Assembly (NCBI GenBank): GCA_002633005.1
Contig: NMRA01000003.1
Location: forward strand, 1,792,727 to 1,856,726
Direction of reading: 5' to 3'
Source of the DNA: Phoronis australis
Taxonomy: Eukaryota; Animalia; Phoronida
Length of the DNA stretch: 64,000 nt
Below, in pieces: positions 14,008 to 25,766 of the stretch (positions are counted from its first letter, which is position 1; every line of letters starts with the position of its first letter). Both the position numbers and the translations under genes were made by a program. The notes below the pieces were generated by a model. It was not told the origin of the DNA, did no database searches, and worked only from the letters and a program-made list of their open reading frames with translations.

Positions 14008-14613
14008 TATCCTCGTTCCCAAGTCTCAAGGTGGTGCCGATCGGAGAGGAGATATTCCTTCTACATGCTGATTGGCCATATACACTGTTCATGGCTGACA
14101 ATTCGATGCAAGAAACCTTCAAACACTTCTCTGGGTACTTAAAAACAAGTTCTTGAAGATTCTGGTCCTTACCTCTTTGATGTGATCAATTTGATTATTT
14201 TTTCAAAAACTATACAAGATCTAAACTCAGATTTTACTACTATTTTCACAGGAATTGTTGTTACTACCATTCGTGGTTTGGAAGCAGACGATACTTGATT
14301 GTTTTAAATAAAAGGTGCTCATGTACTTATTGTCAAGTCTGTTTTATTGAAAGTGCCATAGAAACTATCCTGCTTTTGAATTCAAATACATCGATGTTTC
14401 AATGATCTAAACCTAAATCGCTGCATAAATACCACTCATTTTGATTTTTTGTATTTTAATTCAGCAAATTTCTGAGGTTATATATTAATTAATATCACTT
14501 GTGATATTCTGTCGAATTCCGTAAAAATACATTAGAATTTTGACAAGTATTCCTCACTAAGCCTCTAATAGCTAAACCGATTGGCGCCATCTTGAGACTT
14601 GGGGATGAGGCTT
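14008..14613. mobile_element. MITE, ~600 bp, with ~35-bp imperfect TIRs
   Basis: Left CCTCGTTCCCAAGTCTCAAGGTGGTGCCGATCGG; right CCGATTGGCGCCATCTTGAGACTTGGGGATGAGG is its imperfect reverse complement. Confidence 0.75.
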
Positions 14614-17600
14614 CAGTTTAAGTATTCACGACACGTGTGATCACCACTGAGCTGATTACCGAATATCAAAGTTTTCCAGTTAGCGTGCTACTCCTCAAGT
14701 AAAGTACTTCAACACGACTGGGTGATAAGTGCTGTCTTACAAGCTATTGACATCTAATTTGGTCACCGTGTGCTGTTTCCATTTGTCGTAATATAGTTTA
14801 GTTGCATACTAAAAAAATAAATCATGTATTGTTAACCATGATCAGTGTTTATAAATCTTACGCACGTAACCAATGTTGGTAGTTTTTGTCTGAGAACTGG
14901 ATGGGAAAGATGTTTTTTTTTTAAATATCTGTTAATAGGCCAAAATGGAGGTTGGCATGCTTTAAGTCTAACCACCGAATTCCATACACAATGCTATAAC
15001 TGTAAGTGATCTAAATCAAGATGTTTTTTTTTCATGGAAGTTACTAGGTACATAGCGGCTTTAAATATAGTGCACGTTTTCACTTAAGTCTTGCTTTTTC
15101 AGGTTTTTACCAGTTGATGCCATGCTAAAAGTCCACAACTTTACCGGAGTCAGGACATTCATGGATGGTTTTTGGGAAAGAACATCGGATGATAAAAAAC
15201 GAGTTAACAACAAGAAAGATTCGTAATATTGTCTTAATCTTGGGGTATACTCAATTGGCCAAACAGATTTATTTGAAATTTTCTGTGTCAACTGTATCCA
15301 CAGATGTCTTATGTTTGACTAATGAAAATGCTTTACATCACCAGACAAATGTACCCTGAATATGTTATGAACTGGACAAAATACAGTTCACTAGTACACA
15401 GGTAGAAAGGTAGGCTTAAATCCATGTTCACGATTACAAACTTGTTTGACAGTTTTGGAAGAGGTTCGCTGGCCTAGTGGTAGAGAATAAATCGTGTAGT
15501 ATTTTAACTCACACGTCATTATATCAATAGTCTTTGGCGTGTCAGCTTGGTTTTAACTCTAGTATTCTGCGCTTCGTTTGGCAACAGTGTATGATCTTTC
15601 ATATATTAATGGATAGTGCATATAAACTGTTCTGTTCATCACCTCATGAGTATTAATTTAACTATTTGTTGCACAGATTTACTGTTGTAAATTTTCTTAA
15701 CGTGTTAGGCACTAAAATGTAACAGTTGTACTTTAAGCGTTTGAAATGAAGAATTTTATGCAAAGTTCTATTGTGTGTCTGGTGTGAGACACTGCGTCAA
15801 CAGTGCACAGTGTTTGCTTCATCAAAAACATGGAAAAATACAAGCTATACTCCGTTATCTGTAAGTTTATAATCAAGCAGCAACAGACTTTGAAGTACTG
15901 TAATTATAACTGAACATCTTAACATCTGTGCAGTACAGCAGTAGAACTTTACAGCAGTATAAAATTTAAATTAACTTAACAGTAAAATAGTACTTGCTGT
16001 GCTATACCTTGATTAAACACTGCAACTTCATTAAAAGTGGGTACACAAATTGTCAAAGTAAAGTTTACTGGACAACGTTGACCATTAAACAAATGGTTAA
16101 TGTGCGAAAACGTACCTTACAATCCATCTTTGTGTCAAAACTGTTTACCAGAATTCTGCCTATTTATTTGCTCTTTCTCATTCTTAATTCTTAAAAGAAT
16201 TAGCAGCTAGACACAATGACGTAATACAATTATCTCAGGTGCCCAACAAGAGAGCTTCTTGCGCAATAATTCTAGCATGAGGTACGTCAAAATTTTACGG
16301 AGTTCTATTGAAGTTCATCCAGCCGCTTTTATGTTGAAAATTGTTGTACATATTGTTATTGTATAGAAATTTACTGACTGCAGTAACTGTTATGTTGACC
16401 AGACATTACTGTTCATATATATATAATGTAAAAGTAGAGTCAAATAAAAGTAAGATTATAATTATTACTAATTTCATTACAGCACTTGGCAAGATCAAAG
16501 CTGTCTTCAGTTTCCCACGGGAAACTAGGGCGCAAGCTCGTTGCATAGATATCGGTAGATAGGCGTATCTATTGTTCACTTTGTTCTTCTTCCTTATATA
16601 AATAAAGATAATGCCAAATGGTAAGCATTTATCGGCAACCAGCTGAAGTTGGCCCAAGGTATGATATCCGTGTGACCTGTATTGTTTTATCCAACAAGGA
16701 CCCAACAAAGGAAAACAAGGGTAGTGTCCCATGGGCAATAACCATGCGATGTGCTTACGCCCGTTGCATGGATCTTGCAAGCTAAACAATAGCTTGCGAA
16801 ATCCATATGACATCATTTGGCATGGGTTACTTAATAGAAAACACATAATATACACGAGTCATGGTTGCAGTTGTCGGCCTTTGTGAAGTTCTTTCACATT
16901 TCATCGAATTCCTTTTAGCTATCCATCTTCAACCCATAAATTTCATTGTCTGAAAACTCAAATGACATGACCACTATTTTTGTGAAAATTGTCATGTTCT
17001 GCTTAGAATGTGAAGCTGGAAAAATCTAAACTGTAAGTGACTTAAGCCAATGTGCCCAGAACCATGTCTCAGATTTTTATTTATCCTCAGACAACAGTGA
17101 CAACAGAAAATCTCTTGTTACTAAAAATAAAACAACTTTCTTTTGTTTAAAGGAAAATTAAACCGCTAAGACACAGGTTGCCTGAGCCGTGCACCAAAAG
17201 ATACCACCAAAATTCGGATTTTTAAATATTTAAAAATATGAATTGATCCTCGCACCAAACAAATAACCATGATCAAATGTGCTATAAGTGTCAAAAATCA
17301 AGTGGCTGATAACATTTGTCACATGATAGAAATAAATTGAAGTCGTCACAATCAACCACCATATCTGGTGCTTAAATTATGTTTTTAAGGGGTTGTAATG
17401 GGTAACAATGGAAAATTTAGATATAACTTTATGCTACATGTGAATATCGCACTTTTGGAAAAATTCACAAACATTGACAATTTAACTTGAGCTTCAGTTA
17501 CTTGTTCTAGACCATATTTACTGTAGTTAAAGAAAATTTTGCAAAACTTTTTGAAATACTGTTAATCGCAAAATTTGAAAAAAAATGCTCAGAACTACAA

Positions 17601-17700
17601 AACTGGAAGATGTCTGGTATTATTGAAATGCTTTACAATATTTCAATTTTGAACTCGTATTTATGCATTAATCTAGTTGGTACTCGACACTAAACACATC

Positions 17701-17706
17701 TTTAAT
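17701..17706 (-). terminator. Candidate polyadenylation signal ATTAAA for FBXO16
   Basis: ATTAAA on the minus strand ~380 nt after the stop codon; not verified. Confidence 0.35.
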
Positions 17707-18084
17707 TACAATAAATTAAAACTTACAAACATACACAACAGTACGGAGGTCATATTTACAGCTATCTGCCTCATGATCTCAATTCCGATAACTTCTCAAG
17801 TACACAAAATCTTCAACAACCTCTAGGAATTCTAATTCTAATAACAACATGCATACAAGATATAAGGCATACAAAGGCTTTCATTGAAACATACTAAGGA
17901 ATGTTCACAAAAAGTAATGCAGACTGATGGAATGCATCAAGAAAACTTGGACTTTATAAACTACAGGAGTTATTCAATTCATCTTTCAAAACCTGACAGA
18001 ACCATTACCCAAAAATACCAAACTGCTGTAAAACAATGCTGGCACTAACAAAGCTCGTGGTTTCAGTACATTAAGCACGATTAC

Positions 18085-18152
18085 CTAGTCATCTGAGTCA
18101 TTATCGTCAGCTTGTGGAATGTTCCATGGGCTTTTGGGAAATAATTCTGTAG
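18085..18152 (-). CDS. FBXO16: FBXO16 exon 9 (terminal; TELFPKSPWNIPQADDNDSDD*)
   Basis: TTTCAG acceptor; phase 1 matches exon 8; TAG at 18087-18085. Confidence 0.78.
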
Positions 18153-21100
18153 CTGAAACAACAAAGTGTGTGACCACATAATACACAGACATGGTGTTGT
18201 AATACCTTTGGCACTGATAAATTTACTGCACCAGCAAAAGACAAGCTGATGTAAGTGTTTCCAGCAATCACACAAGAAACACATTATTGTTACTATCACC
18301 AGGCGGAGCCACATGTGGCAATAAACTCAATTTCAAATGAGATCAAATCAAGTTCACAACTGCTAACCTACTGGCAGATGCAATCAAAGAACTCTGCTCA
18401 TTCCATTAATTAGGATTTCGACACTGGTGTAGCTATGCCATGCTGCAGTGAGTCACAAATCATCAGTTTCTAGGGGGACACTTCGTCAAATGTAAATTTT
18501 ATGCGAGATGATCAAAAATCTCATAACTGTCAAAGCAATTTTCATCACAGCCAATTCTTGCTACATTGAGTGTGATCAAACAAGGTGCAATAAAGTTCTA
18601 GCCCTGTGCTAAATATTTCTCACTGAAAGTTCGGCACCTTTTTACATCTCCCTCTTTTCTACCAGTCTGTTGTGATTACCTAGCATTCAATATCTTATTC
18701 CTACTATGTTGCACAGCCATATATGGTGAAATGGTAATTGACTTACATGGCAGGTCCCTTTCTGTTCTTGTGCTTTTCACAATAGATGGCGGTCTGACTG
18801 GTGCAGGACGTTCTGAAGCACTTGGTTTCATAGTGGCAACAAAAGGAGCACCTTGCTTGGCTTGCGCCCACTCTGGACGACCATTTGGCTGAGATACGTC
18901 TGTGACTGACACATTATCCAAATGTTCACTAGGAGTTTGGTTTCGCTGTCATCAAAAGATAGCAATTAGAAACTACAACAAGGGGCAATAAATCTGTGCG
19001 TTCTGTCAAAATACAACTTTTGATGTAGGCCATTTATTGTTATAAAATCACACTGTTCCGTTTTCATATTAGAAGTGATCCTAAGACTGTAGACCAACTG
19101 ATAGGTCGTTTTAGCTCAATTCAGATGAGGCATGCCAAGCTGCATGTCACGGCGGGTTAGTGTCAGTCGGCAAATGAACTTACTGTTATTTCAATTCAAA
19201 CAAAAGATAACACGACTATATTTTGTGCAAGGAAAAATGCCTGGGTATAGAGCACCTTCAATAAATGTCTTGATAATAACCCAAAACACCCATCACAAAT
19301 AAGCACCTCTCTCAGAATTAAGGACTCTTAGGTGTTTGTTAAATGTCCATCAGAAACACATTATTGAAAAATGAAAGTCTTGCTTTAGGCGGCTATAAAC
19401 CCGCCTTCCATCACAAAAATCAACTTTTGGGGTCTGTTAGATAAAACGTGGCTTAAGACTGAAATTTGGTCTTGTGCTCCACGCAACTCAGTGGCTCAGT
19501 GCAGATCCTAGGTGTTGTCAAAGGGAGTAAAAATGTATTATATGGACAGTCTAACAAAAACTTACCGGTAGTGACCTTGAGCGAACTCTTATGGTGTTCA
19601 ACTTGTTATTTCCAGCTTTTACTTTGCTTTTAGCATTTTGTGCGATCTCCTCAGCCTCCAGTCCATGGACGCCTTTCTTTCGTCTGCATAACAAATATGT
19701 CAAAATTGATGAACATGAATATTATAACATATCAAGGACTGCTTTAAAAATTGCTTATGGGTCAATTAAACCACACATGGCCTCAAATTGATAGTTAAGT
19801 CAGAGGATGTGTGGGTTACTCTGTCCTTTAATTCAAATTTCAGGGTCACCAAACTTTGCCTGTGTCCTGTCTTGAAGTTCCAGGGCCTCGCAACAATGTT
19901 TTGTTCAGAAAAGTTGCGATTACAATAATGTAAACCAGCGGGTTGTATTGACTGAAAACATATTCGAGAACAAAATTGTCTGCAAATGAAATGAAGCATG
20001 TATGCGTGATTTGGCTTCACGCTTAAAACAATGAGAGAGGCCTCTAATGGATTAGTTCAGTTTTTGTGCCCACTTACAGCCTGGCTATTTTTTCCACTTC
20101 ATCTTCATTCTGTAGATAGTTGTATCGCCACGTGTCTTTGGGAACAGGATCAGACCCCCTCCAAGGAGGCGGTTTGTCAGACCCCTTCCAAGGGGATGGC
20201 TTTTTAATAGCGGGTGAGTTCTTTCTATGTCCAAGAGATGTAGGCTTGGTGGGGTCTACTGAAGTGCCTTCTTGTCGGGGAGATTCATGAAGACTTGCAC
20301 CATCCAACTGCGAAGCCACAGTTTCTACCTCGGTCTCCTGCATAAGCAACAAATAAGAAAACCTAAGATAAATCAAATAGTTGAAACTAACTTATCACCA
20401 AGATTCAAATTAGACTGATCTGCATTGTGAAGTTTTATGTATTAGTTCATAACGATTAATAGATCGGAATACAATCTGTAATGCCAGTTTTATTGGCTCA
20501 CTTTTTTCCACATAGCACACATACACGACTCCAGGATACCAGGCATTGAATGGTGAAGCAAACAGAAGATCACACGTACTAGCAGATACTAAAAATAGCA
20601 AAATAACAACACCACACGGTAAACTTTGAGATTACTTTAAGGAAAAAAATGAATCAACAAAGACCTTGAGAACACTCCTGACAAATAATTCAATCATTTC
20701 ACTTCAGTTCGTGTATACCTCCGGAGGCAGTATACTCTCAGACACACTCTCCTCGGCATAGTCGTCAACGGGTTTCCAGAAATCAGAGGTCCTGTCCAAA
20801 CCACAGTCATAAACTGTAGCCTCCAGAAAAGACAGCTTGCGAAAATGAGGATTGTGATCAACATCAAACCAAACTTTATCTAAGCACTATTAGCAAAGAG
20901 TAGACATCACGGCCTGAGACCAACAAACATTATTTGACTATCAATTTGAAAATAGATGAATTGCGTGGCACACTTCCAGTAATTTTCCCAATTTCATACA
21001 GCAAGATTAGTCCGCTGTCCAATATACTCCATTCAAGTTTTGTTGGTGGACACAGGTGCAGGACAAGTACAGCACTCGGGTCATACTGAGTACTGATTTG

Positions 21101-24100
21101 CAATACATATTGGAGCACACCATAGCGAGTGTAAACGAAAAGATACAATATTCAAGTAATGCCACATGAAGAAATTTCCATAAGAAAATGTCTTTTGGGT
21201 TCTCTATGTGAATTTCAAGTATCATAATCAATCCTTTCAGGGACATAAATATCTGTAGCATACATATCAAATGTCCTCAGTCCCCCGTGCGGTTCATGCT
21301 GAGGAATTTTTTCTACAACTTGTAAAGTCTGTGAGTAAGCTTTATCTGCATTATTGACCTCTTTAACCAATGAATATCTCACTTGTGTCTGCATAAGTAC
21401 TGATGAACTGTCTGGGTGAAACATGTACAAACCTGTGGTTTCATGTATCGAAGACTTTTCAAATTTTCGATGTAATGTCTTTTCCAAATACCATGCTCAA
21501 ATGGACTAGGACTAAAGCCAATAAACCAGCCAAGTCGTAGACACTTAGGCATCCAGATTTCATCGAGCTCGGTCAAATATCGCCAAAACCAGCAAACCTG
21601 TAATAAAAAGATTTCTCTGATGACATACAACAAACCGATTCTCACTCAGTGTCGATAAGGCTAGTTAATCATGATAGGATCTCGCCAATTTTGAATAATG
21701 ATTGATTTTTCCACAATTCCTCAAAACATTGTCTGATGATCATGGTTATGATAAAGCATTTGTTTATTGCAGATTATCTAATACAGAAAAATTGAAAAAT
21801 TTCCCTTATCTATCATATTATGACGGAAATTGGAGATATTGAACCGTATCCTGGTCTGCTGTGTAACCAGAAACCGCCATAAAAAGTAAATTTCCACACT
21901 TATCAATTCACAAAACAAGCTCCTAGAAGTTGATGGTGATTGTTCATTAAGAAATAGCTGGTTGGGATACCATCAGAAAGTCCCTCTAATGACATGACTT
22001 TTTTGACAGAGTACTCTTTCAAGAAATTTTAAAGAAAATTTAAAAGAAAACAAAATAATGAAAATACAGTATCCATATTTTAACTGAGACGGGGTCGGAG
22101 CAACATTAGGTAATACCTTTGCACTTCGACATAAGCTCCTGGGGTCTAAGTAAGAGAAAATATATAGCGAGATGACCCTTGGTAATATTCTAGTGAAGTC
22201 GTCACTGTAAACAGGCACCCTCTCCTTGACGATACCGCCAACAAATTCCAGCTGACGAAGTTTACATTTCTCCAATATGTCTTCCAGCACACGCTTTCTT
22301 TGCTGATTGGTCCATTTGTCAAACTAAAAATTACCATATTTTTACATAAGATGAGCATACAATGTTAGTATTTGCAAAAAGGTTGTCATGGAAACAGTTT
22401 ACAAAACGTCACTTGTTGCAAAGCCAACTTTTTAGCCATGCCAACTCATTACTAAAACATAATGGCTTCCCAATCAGTCCAATATTCTAGCAACACAATT
22501 GTCCACACTGGTGTGCATCCACACAAAAGTGCAAATTTTTATTCAAGAGAATTATTTATCTAATTTACTTTTATACACAAGCAAAGGTATACCATACACA
22601 GATTTACTAATGTGTTGAATTGCACAAATATCGTATTGATCTGGGTTAATGCCCATGCTTAGCTTACTGCCCACCCCCACAATTTTCAAATTTTTATTTT
22701 TAAGAGCCCGTCTTCACCTTACCGCCCATCACCAATAAATATGACTCAGACTTCCATAAAGCTGACTGAGTTTTTTTAAAACGCCCATCTCATCCGGATT
22801 TTAACAACAGTACTAAAGAGTACTCTAAGCGACTTAATTGCTTCAACCTTTGAGTAAACATCACAGGGATTTAGCGGAAGCTTGCCTTAATATTCGGGCA
22901 GGAAAACTTTTTGAGCTGTATTTGCAAAAAATTCAAGATCATGCAACACTTTGCAAGATATTGTCATGCATTACAAGATAAGCACGTGATCGTCCTAGCT
23001 TTACTCATGAAATTCTCAAGTGTCTACGAAGTGCAACCTAGAACTCTCCTGGTCCGGTCTTTATGAAAGGAGACATGAAATGGTTCTTTTTTTCTCATGT
23101 GCACAAACAGTGAAAGCACAGAGTCTGACTTAAACAGTGCATGGTCAGCTCATTATGTGTGCAATATTTGCAGCAGAAAATTTAAAGATAAGATGACTTT
23201 GTGAAAAGTTACAGTAGTTTTTCACATCTGAAACACACAACATAGCCAACATATGGGAATTCTTTTGTCAAATATCGCAATAAAAATTAGCATTAAGAAA
23301 GTTTCTTTTCTATAATAACATAGTCTGTACTACATAGCTGTGATAAAACAGAACTATTAATAACACAAATCAACCTTAGAAAATTTGAAAAATGACCACT
23401 TTGACATTTTACTTTTGAAAGAAATAATCACTCCATTCTAGACAATAATCCCTTGCTAAAAACGTTTTTTGCCCACGTTCAGGTAACACGCACCCTTTAT
23501 TTTTTAGCTCCCCAATTTAACTGCCCTGGGTGGTATCAGCAATGAGCTTGTTAATTACTTGCATTGATAGCTAAACCAATCTCTAATATGCAGCCTTACC
23601 CATTTCCCAACTAATAATCTCCTTTCTTCAAAAATCTGAAACAACAGAAAAATACAAACATTAGAAATTTGACAGGTATTTTGACAATTTCAACACATAT
23701 TCATACATATTAACAACGTTAATAGTAGCATCTCATTACTTTTCACCCCCCCTCTTATAGGAGCTCCACCGTCACTACTGGGCCAGCTAGTCGGTGATCA
23801 CTGTATAGGTAGAGTTCAATAACTGTCACCCAAAAAAAATCTAGCCAAAATCACGTGCTCTTGTTGAAAATACACAGCAAAGTGACACTCTCGCGTGATC
23901 TCGCAGTTTTGGTTTTTATCGAGGTCCTAACATTAATGAACTCTACCCAGGTTCACCCGTTACCGAGTGGACGAACTAAACTTTACAAAACATGGGGTCC
24001 GCAGCATTGAAAAAAAGTGGGCTGGGCTAAAGGCCCCCTGTGGCTGTGATGCACCGCCTATATATCTGAAAAAAGGGTTATTGTTTAGTCGGATTGTAAA

Positions 24101-24789
24101 CAATAACCGAAAAAGTATAGCCTCCCCAGCCCCCTTAATGGTGCGCCATCCACGCTAAAACTGTCCAAGACGGGACCCACGAGGCAAAAGCCCTGGCTGG
24201 ACTGGATCCAGAGGCTGGACAGTGGACGGGCTTGAACTGCTGTGCGTGAACTTGGAATCTTGCCTAATCTCAAGATCGCATATGCGTGAACTTGGAATTG
24301 AATATTCTTTAAGGCAAAAAGGTGAAATTTTTGTTTGGTGAAAAGAATTTTTGTAATCATTGGCCTCGCGATCAACTATTTTCTCCTTTACTTTAACTAG
24401 TGTCGCTGAACCGGAGGAATATGTGAATGGCTAAATCATTATTGTTTGGTGAAACTGATCGCCCATAGTTGAAAAGGTTGGTTAAAATTGACATTATTAT
24501 TTTATTCAAATGTAACTTGATTTACTGCAGTGAAAATTTTCATGAACATGAACGTGATTAGTTGAGTGAACTTGTCAAGTTGCCTCGCATATTCCAATTC
24601 ACGCAACACTCACTTTCGCTTAATCTTGAGATTAAGCAAGATTCCAAGTTCACGTACAGCGGTACTACTCAGTTCAAGTTCGTTCAGGCTACACGGAACC
24701 GCAACAAGTAATCTTACTTTACTGTTCGAATCTTCGTTCGACAAAGGAGTCCATGTACTTTTGACCCTGTGTTTAGCACTTGCTGACAT
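18085..24789 (-). CDS. FBXO16: F-box only protein 16-like, 9 coding exons, ~413 aa
   Basis: Exons (minus strand): 24789-24718, 23635-23600, 22323-22117, 21597-21433, 20835-20719, 20337-20078, 19683-19566, 18945-18747, 18152-18085. All introns GT-AG and phases consistent; 1242 nt including TAG. The motifs KSTWTPL, IFEERRLLVGKWFDKWT, F-box [47 protein letters not shown] and PPWRGSDPVPKDTWRYNYL match the FBXO16 family as I recall it. Confidence 0.92.
18747..18945 (-). CDS. FBXO16: FBXO16 exon 8
   Basis: RNQTPSEHLDNV...RPEWAQ...RTERDLP; donor GTAAGT. Confidence 0.8.
19566..19683 (-). CDS. FBXO16: FBXO16 exon 7
   Basis: RKKGVHGLEAEEIAQNAKSKVK...RSRSLP; phase 2 in, phase 0 out; GTAAG donor. Confidence 0.8.
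20078..20337 (-). CDS. FBXO16: FBXO16 exon 6
   Basis: ...KPPPWRGSDPVPKDTWRYNYLQN...; donor GTAAGT. Confidence 0.88.
20719..20835 (-). CDS. FBXO16: FBXO16 exon 5 (phase 0-0, LSFLEATVYDCG...ILPPE)
   Basis: Open 117-bp frame between a TTTTCGCAAG acceptor and a GAG|GTATAC donor; no recognisable homology. Confidence 0.6.
21433..21597 (-). CDS. FBXO16: FBXO16 exon 4
   Basis: VCWFWRYLTELDEIWMPKCLRLGW...WKRHYIENLKSLRYMKPQ; AG/GT bounded. Confidence 0.92.
22117..22323 (-). CDS. FBXO16: FBXO16 exon 3 (F-box N-terminal part)
   Basis: FDKWTNQQRKRV...[25 protein letters not shown]/GT bounded. Confidence 0.93.
22382..22395. promoter_or_regulatory. RFX X-box GTTGTCATGGAAAC in FBXO16 intron 2
   Basis: Motif match ~2.4 kb from the shared promoter. 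Confidence 0.45.
23600..23635 (-). CDS. FBXO16: FBXO16 exon 2 (IFEERRLLVGKW), 36 bp
   Basis: TTCAG acceptor, GTAAGG donor; conserved FEERR..GKW. Confidence 0.9.
24236..24663. mobile_element. MITE, ~430 bp, with 41-bp TIRs in FBXO16 intron 1
   Basis: Left ACTGCTGTGCGTGAACTTGGAATCTTGCCTAATCTCAAGAT; right ATCTTGAGATTAAGCAAGATTCCAAGTTCACGTACAGCGGT. Confidence 0.8.
24718..24789 (-). CDS. FBXO16: FBXO16 exon 1 (MSASAKHRVKSTWTPLSNEDSNSK)
   Basis: ATG at 24789; conserved STWTPL; donor GTAAG. Confidence 0.88.
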
Positions 24790-25385
24790 CTCAAAATATA
24801 TGTCAAAACAAAATCTTTATCGACAACGACAACTGCATACATATTCGAGACATTCCCTCCATATTTGTAAACATAGCAGATACGCAGGCAGTAAATCGTA
24901 GACTACGTGATTGGATAATTTTTTTTCTGTTTTTGAGATGTAACAGAAATTATATCACAAATTACTTTTTATTTTTGATTTAAAAGGTAATATGTCTTAA
25001 AATGATTTTATTTTTGTTGTAAGCAAATTTTAAAAAAGTAACTGGGTGACTTGTAGCCTATTGTCACGAAAAACCGGGAAATTTCGCGTGTATGTTTACA
25101 CACGTGATCAGACGCTAGTTGTGTTGCTGTTTTACAACGCAAGAAGCCGATAAGCGTGTGGATTTGTTTTTAACAGCTCAAACCTTTTATGATATAGGAA
25201 CAGAAAACCGTGTACAGGGCCTACATTGCCTACATTGACGGCCCAGTTCGTGTTGCAATTGCACCCTGGGAAGCTTTAGGTTGTGTTGCAAATTTTAAAC
25301 TGTCTTTTTATTTTTTGGAGTTGTATGTGGAGTGGTTTGACATTTGAATTTAAATATCCAGTTGGCACCTCTGAAAGACTTCAAA
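24790..25385. promoter_or_regulatory. Putative bidirectional promoter between FBXO16 and the dynein heavy chain
   Basis: 596 bp between divergent ATGs. Contains X-box-like GTAACTGGGTGAC (25038-25050), forkhead-type TGTTTACA (25093-25100) and E-box CACGTG (25101-25106). Confidence 0.7.
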
Positions 25386-25766
25386 ATGATGAACGATTTT
25401 GCAAAGGAAGCAGAGGAATTGGGCCTCACAGATCCCAGAGTTATTTCAATGGCAGAATATACATTTACGAGTTTCAGATTAACGAAAGCGGAGAAATTTA
25501 TTAAGATGTGGACAAATGAAGAACAAAAAAAGTTGATTGAAAATTTCCTAGACAAGACTGAGGAAAATGTTTTGGTCATAGAACAGGTTCCACCTTTACT
25601 GGCAGCTTCAACAGAATGGCCCAAGCAAAACAAGTTGAAAGCGGTTTACTTCGCAAGGAAATCACCTGGGATAAAAATTGAAAGAGAAGCTCCGCTACGA
25701 ACATCGTTGTATATTGGAGACTTGCCTACTTCTGTTTTGGACATGTTTGGAAGCTTTGTGGATGAG
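25386..25766 (+). CDS. Dynein HC exon 1
   Basis: MMNDFAKE...FVDE; donor GAG|GTATTC. An AG at 25360-61 may indicate an upstream UTR exon. Confidence 0.85.

Noticed and set aside
16406-16855. 149-aa minus-strand ORF
   Set aside because: No homology or coding-like composition; likely a chance ORF
21215-21388. Possible extra FBXO16 exon (TQVRYSLVKEV...DT*)
   Set aside because: It would need an intron of only ~44 nt and would end in a stop before the conserved PPWRGSD motif
25344-25385. ORF-track start at 25344 for the dynein
   Set aside because: It is a TTG start; the first in-frame ATG is at 25386, in good context (AAAATG)
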